A stretch of 64,000 nucleotides of DNA, taken from NCBI GenBank assembly GCA_965235115.1, contig OZ249438.1:24180001-24244000 (forward strand). Direction: 5' to 3'. This DNA is from Laetmonice hystrix (lineage: Eukaryota). Below, in pieces: positions 1 to 12,000 of this stretch (its first letter is position 1; the number at the start of each line of letters is the position of its first letter). The position numbers and the translations under genes were made by a program. The notes beneath the pieces are model-generated. The model saw only the letters and a program-made list of their open reading frames with translations. It did no database searches and had not been told where the DNA came from.

Positions 1-3000
1 ATCATGCCCTGTACTTGTCTCTGGCGGGTTCCCTTGTCCCTCACTGTCCAGGGTTTCCTGTCCCTCCGGCTTGACACCGTTTCCTGTCATTGTCTTTGGT
101 TGGTCCTGGCGTTCACTGCCTGGGCCCTCTTGTCCTTCTATGTTTGTATCATGCCCTGTACTTGTCTCTGGTGGGTTCCGTTGTTCCTCACTGTCGGGGG
201 TTTCCTGTCCTTCCGGCTGGGCATCGTTTCCTGCCCTCTTTGGTTGGTCCTCCCGACCCTCACTGTCAGGATCCTCCTGTCCCTCCGCTCGAGAACTGTT
301 TCCTGCCCTCTTTGGTTGGTCCTCCCGACCCTCACTGGCAGGATCCTCCTGTCCCTCCGCTCGAGAACTGTTTCCTGCCCTCTTTGGTTGGTCCTCCCGA
401 CCCTCACTGGCAGGATCCTCCCGTCCCTCTGCTCGGGAACTGTTTCCTGCCCTCTTTGGTTGGTCCTCCTGGCCCTCACTGGCAGGATCCTCCTGTCCCT
501 CCGCCCGAGAACTGTTTCCTGCCCTCTTTGGTTGGTCCTCCTGGCCCTCACTGGCAGGATCCTCCCGTCCCTCCGCCCGAGAACTGTTTCCTGCCCTCTT
601 TGGTTGGTCCTCCTGGCCCTCACTGGCAGGATCCTCCTGTCCCTCCGCTCGAGAACTGTTTCCTGCCCTCTTTGGTTGGTCCTCCTGGCCCTCACTGGCA
701 GGATCCTCCTGTCCCTCCGCCCAAGAACTGTTTCCTGCCCTCTTTGGTTGGTCCTCCTGGCCCTCAATGACAGGTTCCTTCTTCTCCGTCTGGACCTCCT
801 CTGCTTCCATGTTTTGCGCACCGGGCTGTTCACTGCCTACATGAGATAATTCTGCGTCATCGTTTTCCTTTTCGTGGGAGTTTCTTTCAGTTGATTCCTC
901 GTCTGTCCTTTCGCCTGTGGTTACGTCAGCTGTGGTTACGTCAGCTGTGGTTACGTCAGCTGTGGTTACGTCAGCTGTGGTTACGTCAGCTGTGGTTACG
1001 TCAGCTGTGGTTACGTCAGCTGTGGTTACGTCAGGGGCCGGTCTGCTCTCTCCCAGGTCCCCAGATTCTGATATCGTACTCCGTTCAGTTAGAATCATGG
1101 CGCTTTCCTCTCCACCATGGACGGTCCGGGTAACCAGGGACTGCTGGCTCCTGGCCCGGTCCCGAGGTCCGTTATTGTCGACTCCGTCCCCGGTGACGAC
1201 TCCGGCTGGGGCAGCGGCAAGGCCCGTGCCCATGCAGCCTCCGAGCAGCAAGAGCGCTATGTCATCGGTCATCTTTAAGTCGGCTACTTCTTCCAGTGGG
1301 GCTGGTCTATACGGGAAAAGAAAAGTCATGCGTTTGGGTACTTTGGGTACAAACATTAACACATCTCCGTATAAAACGTGTCAGATACATTTAGTTTTAT
1401 GGTTAGGATTCTAAAAGGAGAATCTTATCAAGGCCTAGCAAGAACTCAAACCTTCCCAGTAAATTAGTACGGCTAAATTAATATGAAAGAATAATCTATT
1501 TCATTTCATAAAGAAAAGAGACAGGAGTTTCCTTTATTACTGAGAATACACTGAATAGTCCCATGTACGGTTATCGGTGAGCATAGTATTTATTTTCTGC
1601 CGAAATTATCATGATAGAGGCATCTCTTCGCGAATACTTCTTTTTTTTACCTATTAATCACACAGACCTGAAGTTATCCGTTCAGGTCACAACATAATCA
1701 CGTGAGATATCGGTATCATACTGTAAGCATTATATCACAGTCTTTTGTTTTTATCACAGTGATAGACAATACTGTTATGAGCTAATAATATACCTAATCA
1801 TTTATGAGGGTTTTCCAACCAAATGTGTCTTATGTAGGCTGTACAGTAAAGAGCATACACAGACGCCGAGACAAGCGCTAACGAGCAGGGGTGTAGGTAG
1901 CTACTGGCCTCCCATTGTACATTATAGTAAAACTAACAATAGGAAACGCGGTATAAAAGCTACTGCATTCCTACACCACATGACAGGCTTGAGGCACGAG
2001 TGAACTTTTTAATTTACACCTTCGTACACATGATACTCGTTCCCTACATACTACTACTAATATAAATATAACTGTTGTTTTCTACAACGTATATACATAA
2101 TATATGGATATGCCTATAAATGTAGCCACTATAACATTGATGTCCTTCTACCAAGGATTGCAAGGAGACAGCAGGAAGATCAGCATTGCCTGGCGCACAT
2201 ATACGCAATTATAAATAAGACAAGAAACTGTAGCACACAGATCTACTATAGATACTACTGATGACTAGTCATATCTCCCACGCCAGTGTAGTAGTTCTCC
2301 CTAAAGAAAGTTTGGGAATGAGACATCTAGGTCTTAATAACATGCCCAGTTGTTATAAAGAGGAAGGATCCTGGCTGGCTGCCTGTGCCACTCTTCCAGA
2401 TATAAAAGGTCAAAATGGATAAATGCCGGTACTCCTTTTTAATTTATCCATCAGGATTGCATGTACATGCACCTAGACTGTTTTGTTTATAGACAACGGT
2501 TAGGGAGGGGGCTGCTTGATGAATCAGCTTTAAAGGCAGGGACAACACCCACGGCAAATAAGGTTTCGTAGACCAAATGAAACACCAGCATTTACCTTAG
2601 GGCAATAAATGCCACAATTGCGTTGTCTTAATGAAGTAATTAACGTGTAACCGCCCGATATGTGACGCCGCTGGTTCTTACCTTGACCTTCTTGTGTGTT
2701 CATCGGAGCCGAATGCTGCACACCGCGGCGTATTGCGTAACACTACGTGTTACGCTGCTCACAAACCTTGTCTACACGATGTTTGGAGTCCCAACGTTTG
2801 TAAACGTCCGAGGTGTTGAACACACAAGCAGAACCAGCGGCGTCACACATCGGGCGTTTACACGTTTATTACTTCATTCAGACTACGTAATTGTGGCATT
2901 TATTGCCCTGAGGTAAATGCTGGTGTTTCATACGGTCTACGAAACCTTATTTGCCATGGGTGTTTTCCATCCCTTTAACTACACATGGCGAGAAAGAACA

Positions 3001-6000
3001 TGCAATAGAACATATTTCTATACACTTATCTACGACAATAATTTGATAACGGTCGTCTACAACATAAGCTTAGGTTCGCCCACAGAACTGTAGGTGAGAG
3101 GAATGAAGGCCTACATAGGTAGTTGGGTTTTCACGACATGCGGATCACAATAAACATTCAAGGATTGAGCGGAGAGACGTGGGTACAGCAGACGTCACCA
3201 TCACCGGGCAGCAGCGGGCAGACGACCAGTCACGTAGTCCGAACACCGTCTCTTACTTGGGAACGTGACCAGTGATGATTGCCAGTATGATCCGCTTGAA
3301 GTCGCCACTGCATTCACTCTCAACATCCGCCTCCAAACTCTTCCCGTACAGCTCTTCGTAACGCGTCTTAATGTCCTCCAAGTCCACCTAGTGCAGAAAA
3401 CAGGAACTAGCCTTCACAACCTGGAACATTACTTTTTGAAATTCATGTAGGTCCTGTCAAGACTGGCCGTGTGCGGGCCCTGCAGCCTTTGTTCTCTCTC
3501 CTCTCCAACACTGCATGGTGTGTTATTTTCCCCCAAATTGCCCGGGGACAAGTTCTAACTAGCCTGGAATAAAGGCTGCTGCCCCCCCCCCCCCGCCAAT
3601 ATTTATAAAATGACCGCATGGGTCAATGCAAAACCATAGGCATAAGTCATTGTGCGTCACTTCTGCCCCCCCCCCCCAATATTTTTTTCCTTCCTACACT
3701 ACTGCAGTGTAAATATGGGATCAATGATGCCGTGAAAGTCCTATACTCAATAACAAGTGATAGTATAGGAGGGAGAAGATGTTGAATGTGAACGGACCTC
3801 TGACCGGGAGACGATGATATTGGCCAACATCTTCTCGTCTGTTCCCAGACCACGCATGGTTTCATGGAGCTGGCGGGTAAAATACGACACCGGCTCTCCA
3901 AGACATTCCACTGTAAACGAAACGGACATGTATGTAGGCCAAGGGGTGCTGCCGAGGGCGGGGGACACCCCCCCCCCCCCCACACACACACACACTTTTA
4001 AGGCGGCCTAAAAATTAAGGTAAAATACCTTTGGCAATTAGGCCTCACCAGATCTGAAGGAAATGGTCAAGCATTACGTCATTACAAGCAATTTATATTC
4101 CCGTGCGATGCCATTTTTATCCATATGAATAAAAACGGTAGAATTACGATAACTGGTTACGATAAAACCATGTCTAATCGATGCCGCTATCGGCGGCCGA
4201 GGTCTGGTGTCAGTACAAACAGTCCAAGGTTCCTTACCAAGCCCAATTATAGCCGCCTCACTGTCTCCAAGCTTGGCCGCCTTGATTCCATCCACCAGCT
4301 CCTCGCCTGACAGCTACAAGAGGCCAGTATTCTTGGTAATATGCAGAATAAAGAAGTAATATGCCTTTCTGGTATGCATATTTAAGTAAACAAACATGTA
4401 TGCATGGTACAATATACCATCTTTCAATACAGGACCCTTCAATGGGAATCAACCGTTGATAGGCCTAACCTTTCCATTGATTGGCTTCACCCACTCACCT
4501 TCTTGAATTCCGTACAAAAGCTCCTAAACTGGGCCCTATTACTGGTGGCCAAGACTTCCACAAAGATGTCCTCGGTCAGCGTCAGGCTGGTGCTTCCATT
4601 CTGTACCGTGGCAAAAAGTCCTTCTAATAAATACTTAACGAACAATCTCGATAAACTAGAAATGATCCGAGTGTACATGTATATATAATATAAAATGGCC
4701 CAGAGAGAGGAAGAGGGTTTTATTGAAGACTAACATTGAAAAGTTTGTCGGCATCCTGGCGAGCCTTGTCCTCGTTGACGCGGTCCGTCAGATCGCGGTT
4801 CTTTTTGATCATCTCGGATACAAAGTTATAGAAGTCGGAGCCCTCGCCCTTCAGGTCATCCTCAAACTCGGTCTTGTAAGCTGGAAGGTGCAATATCATC
4901 AGGGGAAATAAAAACTGTACCTAATACAGAGATTTTCACACGCTCTAACCACACGCGTTCCTCCCGTGTGTGTATCATTAACCGGGAAAATATAATAGAA
5001 ATTAATTGTACTCACACTCTTTGTATTTCGTTATGGCGGCATCTAATTCCTGTAAGAAAATTGCAAGTTAAAATGCATTAGAAGCCTGTAGGGGATTTCT
5101 ACAGATACGGCAATATGATTTCTGGTTTATAACAGTACGTTTATGGCATACTTTCAGACAGAATTAGACGCTCATCCCACCCTGCTATCATATTGTAAAA
5201 GGAGGTAAAGCATATCAAATCTATGAAGTGGCCTAGATGATTGGAACCGAGTTACGATATGAGACTGGCCTCTCGTGATCTGTGACAGAGGATGTTGTTT
5301 AGGAGAGGGTTGCCCTCCTTGAGGTCCTCGAGCGTGTCCCTCATGACGGCCGCGTCCTGGTCTACCGGCTCAGCCATCAGAGCCACGACCACCTGCTCAA
5401 AGTCACCGCGCAGCTCTGACTCCAGCTCGGCGCGCAGGTCCTACAGCGACCGGAAGACAATGTAAACATTACACTCTCTCATGGTGGAGAACATCAAACA
5501 ATGGTTGTTGGAATGACAGGTGAAGGAAAAGGTCAATGAGCCACTTACGGCAGCTTTGGTATAAACAGAGCTCTGGGTGACCTTTGGTTTTCAGTGGTAT
5601 ATAAGAAATCATACATGCTAAATGTTTAGGTTAGAGCAAACTGGATCACCCAGCAGGTATTCTAGTGTCAACTGTTATCCCTGGTCTCAATCGATCCAAT
5701 ATTGACCCCCAACGTAACACTATCTATGGGCTCCGTATTAGCTTTCATATCGACCACTTGGACAGCCGCTGGTTCGAGATGAGTAACGATTCTCAAGCCG
5801 CCCACCTTTCCAAACAGTCTGTTGTATGTTTGACAGATCGATCGACGTTGTTGGCTTGTCCTCTTAGAGAGCAGTGATATCAGGGCTGTCTCATCTGTGT
5901 CTGGCGAAACAGGAGCAAAATCTCATCACTCTATTCGTTCAAATATTTCTTATATAAAGGTCTCGAATTTACGCCAACAATAAATGCCTTTAGCAGTATA

Positions 6001-9000
6001 AGAAGGAGAATTGGAGTTATAACTGAATTGTCCCGACTTGGCATATTTTAAAGGGATGCATATAGGGGTGGAATGGGTGTCGTACTTACTCCAACCTTTG
6101 ATGGCCGTCACTATGGTTTCAACGTCTTGTTCGGGCGAAGCGTCCGGGTTCTCTTGGATTGTTCCACGTGTTGGTGTCTACAAACATAACTAACCATATA
6201 CAAACAACGAGCGAGGGAAGGATGAGGTCGAGTGCCTCCTTATACTGCGTCCCCACCATGGCAACCCCTCCCGGATACGGTTATAATCAAACAGTCAACT
6301 GCTGACCTTGAAGATGTCAAAGAATTACCATTCCCGCACAATATGAAATAGATTCAGACGCTCCTGTTCATCTCTGCAAAAACTTATTGGTGCTTAAACA
6401 AAACAAAGTTCTACACACTGACATAGGACACGTGTCTTATCCAACAGTCGGCCTATAGGCCTTCAACTTACGTAAGGCCTTGTCAGCCTGGTGTCGGCCT
6501 GGTCATTGTTGCTGCCGGGTCTCGCCCTCTCGTTCTCCTTACCGATCCCTGGCTCCTCAGTTTCAGCTGTCTTGGAATCAACAACTTCCTCATACTTCTC
6601 GTCTGGTTTTACCTTTTGTCGAGAATTCTTGACTTTCTGCATCCTTCTCGATTTCGACTCGGGTTTATTCTTAGTTTCTGGAGGAACAGGTTTCCTGGAC
6701 TCAGCTTTGAGGGCGGGCTCCGTTTTGCTGTCATTTCTCTTTGGAGATTTGCTTTTGCTTCTCTTTTGTTGCGGTCGTTGTGTGGGGCCTGCGGCGGGGG
6801 TCTTTTTGGGCGTCGTTCTGGGTGTTGACCTTTGACTGACCGGGCTCGGGTCCCGCTGTCTATAACTGGCCCTGGGCTGCTTCTTCTGTGGCTCAGTCGG
6901 GTCCTCTCTACATGATCAGTTTAAACATACTTATAACTAGTGTCACATATCATTGTTGTTAGTTTGTTGAAGGTTGTAAGCATATCAAATATACCCACCC
7001 ATACTGTCTATTGAAAGCTGGTCACAATTGACAAAGGACAATTCTAAAGCTATAGTATTTTTCTCTCGTTTATTAGCTAAAATTTTTACGAATGGGTTTT
7101 AGCTGTGGAAACAGGCCAGCAGGATTAGGCCTACCGTATACTTGTCATACGGTAGATGGAAAGCGCAGATTGAGTTTGTTTACACCTTCCAGTCAATCGC
7201 CATGCATATGTAAAATATTTCATAATTCATTACTACATAATATCTGCAACTTAATATACCTCTGTATTTCTGAAATCGTACTATATAGGCGCGGGAACCA
7301 AGTGTAGGAGGTAGGCTTCCACCATTGTTAACCCTTTGAACCCCCATCCTACTGTGAGGCCAAATTATAAATACCGGCACTAAATCTATATGCAATAATT
7401 GTATAAGCAAAGATTTGTAAACACGATATGATATAATTGTATACAGGTATCACAGGTTCATTATATCACAGTCTTTGAGATAACAGCCCTCATCTTGATA
7501 ACACCAGACAATGATTCCCAATGATATTTTATTAATGCAACTGTCTGAAGTAAAATCAAATTTATGCCAAATGTCCACCATTACCATTAGGTTAGAATTT
7601 TTCTCTCTCTAATAAAAAAAAATGAATAGGAAACTCTAGTTGAAAGTTGATTTTGTAGCTAGAATAATGCAGAAAACACTCACTTCAGAGTGACTGTGTA
7701 TGCCTTGATATCATACTTTTAGACCATACACATCCTCAACTCAAATTTTCCAAATGTTCGTAAATCTAAGTACCAAGTACCTTGGCGGGTGGTCGTATCT
7801 AGCACGTATACGCCCGACCACTGAGCAGAGACACGGTCGGCAAGTTGGACAAACCTCTGATACATGCAGGTGGGATTGTTGGCCCCTTAAGTCAATGCTA
7901 CATACATCTACATACAACATGGAAGACACATTTTGAAGGAAATTATGAAGTACGGTCAAGGTGGTGCTGGACCTTATTGATGTTTCCTCCTGATTTAAAT
8001 ACAACTTTTCATATACTACTTACTATCAAAAAAGTGTATCCTGATTTTAATACAACTTTTCATATACTACTTACTATCAAAAAAATGTTGTCCTGTTTTA
8101 TATATATACAACTTGTCATATACTACTTACGGTCAGCACATTTTGAAAAGATATCCATCAGCATGTAGCTGTGGGCTTCCTCGCTTCCCAAACATTTGTA
8201 TGCTATCGGCCTTTTACCGTACAAGTGCCATTAAGCCACTTTCACATAGATCACATGGACGACACTGTTACAAACAACTCATTATCATGCTTACTATATA
8301 AACACAACAACACCAATACAATACAACGTGTAAGCCAGTTCAGTTGTCAACGGATAGAAATGTAAAATTATAAAATGTGTTCCTGTATCTAAGTCTTTAG
8401 ATGCATACTTTGGTTAACTATGACAGTCCACCATTTCAATAAGCCTTTGTGTACCTGTAGGCCTACACTAGTATGCTGACCAGCAGTATGTCACTACACT
8501 ATTGGTGATCGGTATCACCATGGTCCGTCTTTACACCCATGCAGAAACAAGTGAACCGACTCAGAATGTACGTGCACTGTCACAGAGTGTGCTTCCTGAA
8601 CGTTCTATCGCGCATGCTGGGTTGAAGATTGTGCAAACACCACGCACTACGGACTGCCGCCACCAGATGGCGTCCTTGTATGCATGCAAGTCGATGCTCG
8701 TGCAGTCCAACTTAGCTGAATCACGTGACAGCGTGAGCAAAAAGAAATGTCCAGCTTACTTTTCCTTCACAATAGCCAATAACAGCTTCTTATAGTCTCC
8801 TGAACATTCGGTCGAGATGCTTTCTTCCAGACTCTTGTTGTACAGGCGTTTGTATATGGATTTGATTTCCGCAAGGTCGACCTGGAATGAGAAGGGAGAA
8901 TACATGTATAATAAGTATTTTTTTTCTTTTCACCCGCAGTCGCGTATCCAGGGGTGGCGTAAAGCAAATGTCCCCAAGGGCCCTTACAAAACAGGATTCA

Positions 9001-12000
9001 ACCCCGAAAACGATCTCCCCTACCTGTTTGCCCCAAGCACGGGAACACACTGCCCCCCCCCCCCCTGATCTGGGATAAAATCTTTAACTTAGACTGATTT
9101 CTGAACTACTGGGAGTGTGTATGAAAGGCTTGGAGATGATGTGAGGGTGGGGCTAGTGGAGTAGGTCCACCTACCTCCGACCTGGAGACGGTGTGAGGGT
9201 GGGGCTAGTGGAGTAGGTCCACCTACCTCCGACCTGGAGAAGGTGTGAGGGTGGGGCTAGTGGAGTAGGTCCACCTACCTCCGACCTGGAGATGGTGTGA
9301 GGGTGGGGCTAGTGGAGTAGGTCCACCTACCTCCGACCTGGAGATGGTGTGAGGGTGGGGCTAGTGGAGTAGGTCCACCTACCTCCGACCTGGAGATGGT
9401 GTGAGGGTGGGGCTAGTGGAGTAGGTCCACCTACCTCCGACCTGGAGATGGTGTGAGGGTGGGGCTAGTGGAGTAGGTCCACCTACCTCCGACCTGGAGA
9501 TGGTGTGAGGGTGGGGCTAGTGGAGTAGGTCCACCTACCTCCGACCTGGAGATGGTGTGAGGGTGGGGCTAGTGGAGTAGGTCCACCTACCTCCGACCTG
9601 GAGAAGGTGTGAGGGTGGGGCTAGTGGAGTAGGTCCACCTACCTCTGACCTGGAGACTACAATCCGGATGAGCATCTTGTCGTCGGTGCCCACCCCGGAC
9701 ATTGCTCCATGCAGTCGACGTGCGAAGAACTCGGACGGCTCTTGGATGGCGTCAGCTGGAGTAACAGACCGGCCAAGGTCAGACAAACCACGTCAAGGTC
9801 AGGTACGCACGGCCTCAACAGGTCAGGGGGTCAAAGGGCGAAAGGAGGAACCCGAGTGTATGAAAACACGTCGACAGACATAGGCAGGACATAGGGCCCG
9901 AGGTATGTTGGCAATCAGGAAATCGGACGGGGAACTGTTCACTTAGAAGGAAAACACCGAACTCACACATACCCAGTGCTATGTAACCTTCTTGGGTATC
10001 GCCTGCCAACCCCTTCTGGATGCGTTCCTTGAGAGTTTGTCCAGACAGCTGAGAAGGGGAAGAGAAAGTTTATCGAGTCATTACAGTGACTTAGGCAATA
10101 CTGACTCCACCATGGTTCATAATCGGCCTACATGCACATTGAACACGAGAAGCGGGACACCCAGAGTGGGAACTAAATGTACAACTGTCCGCTCAATGAC
10201 TCCAAAGCTCTGGGTCTAAGAGAATGAAATCACCTTCTTGTACTCGGCAGAGACCGCTTGGATATGACTGCGACTCCTTTTCGTCATTACGTCAATAAAT
10301 ATGTCATCCTTCAGCAAGTTCCCGTTCGTCGATTCCTATGATTTCACGACAAGCAAAGTTTGTCAACTTGTAACCTAAAAATCACCATTATATAACTGCA
10401 CCCCCTTACCTCCCGGGTCTAAGTTAGGGTAATTCACTAAGCCAAACTAGAACACTCCCTCTAATGTTACCTTAGCCTCGACATACGAAGACGTCAATTA
10501 TTATTATGTTCGTATTGAATTGATCTCTGCAGGCATGTATATTTTCGCTCAGTTACTGACCGTATGAAGTGCACTGACGTCTTCATCAACACGGGCACGG
10601 TCGACCTTGGTTGCTTCATCTCTATCCGCTTTGAGGATGTTGCCGAGAAGGTCAGCGAAGGCGCCGCTAGTCTCCGCTAGTACGGCCTTCTCTAGGTCCT
10701 TCTCATACATCTGCTCGTACTGGGCCGAGATGGCCTTCAGTTCCTGCACATAAACCGATCGCTAACTTATTTCTGGAGGACTTTTCTTTTGTTTATAAAC
10801 CAAAGAATTCGATTGATCTGACATCTTATAGTACAAACACAAATCATTCCAACTTAAACAAGTGTATACTTATCTTAAATACACATCAGAGTAAGAACTA
10901 TCAAGATTACGATACGGTCCTTAATGTAGGCCGTGGTTGTTGATGTGAGAGTGCACAAAGTACAGTATAGGCCCACTTATAGCCACCTGACGTTTGATGT
11001 GAGAAGTGCTGTGTCGAGTGGATTCAGAAATACTTGAGAGATAAGAGGCATACCTTGGGAGAACGGGTGGTGAGAATACCGATCAGGGTGTCCTCCTGTG
11101 TGCCCAACCCTGACATGGCACCATGGAGGCAATAGGCGTCATACTCTGGAGGTGCCATCACCAGCGCTACCATAGTCTCCTCTAGGTCCCCACTTAGCTC
11201 AGACTTGAGCTCTTCTAGGAGATCCTGCAATAGCCAATAACTACCATTAATACAGTGTGGGGGCGGCGCTGTCTGGCAGTATTTGCACTTGGAAGTTCAA
11301 CCAATTTAGGATATTTTCATTAAGCTAACATATTTTACAATAATTACGATATGTTACCAAAATAATGAAGTTGAATAGGAATACTGACGTTACCTTTTTA
11401 TACATTTCCTGGTACCTGGTCCGTATCTGTTGGCGTTGGTCGTTGGTCCGCCCGGTGAGGATCTCGATGAGCGGGTCGTCGTCCGTTCCGAACCCCTTCA
11501 TGGCCTCAGCCAGCCGTCTCGCGTCCTCGTCCGGGTTGAAATTACTGGCTGCTTTCGTCGTCCCTTTCACCGGCTATAGGGAAGGAAACCGTAAATATGG
11601 AGTCTACACTAATAGTTTGACTTACTGCAGTACAAGTTTGCAATCATCGCATGGAATAACAGTTTGGTAGAACCGAGTTGGCTTTAAGCCAGGAATCCAT
11701 ATGTTCGTAGTGCGTATTGCGTAGTGCGTCATCAAAACAATAAAAACACGCATTACGCACTACGCACACATGGAATCACTCCAACTTGTTTTCATTGATT
11801 TTGATGAATGCGCATACGCACTACGCAGTACACATGGATTGTAAAGCCTGATGACCGTGTACCCCTGTTCCTTACCTTCCTCTTGGTGCCCGCCGGGCCA
11901 CCAGTCGTGATGGGTTGTTTGTCCTTGCCACCCTTGGTGACCACCTTCTTATCAAGCTTGTCCTGAGCCTCCCCCTTTATGCGCTCGCCGATAGGTCGTT

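Noticed and set aside
4-849. Long hydrophobic plus-strand ORFs (281, 257 and 226 aa) and the minus 231-aa Arg-rich ORF
   Set aside because: These are shadow frames of the 72-bp repeat. The spliced, in-phase frame is the acidic minus-strand frame, which the ORF track omits because it has no stop in the window.
2682-2715. Possible 34-nt minus-strand exon with good AG/GTAAG sites between the last two annexin exons
   Set aside because: Its length is not a multiple of 3 and it has a stop in the required phase-2 frame. At most it is a poison exon.
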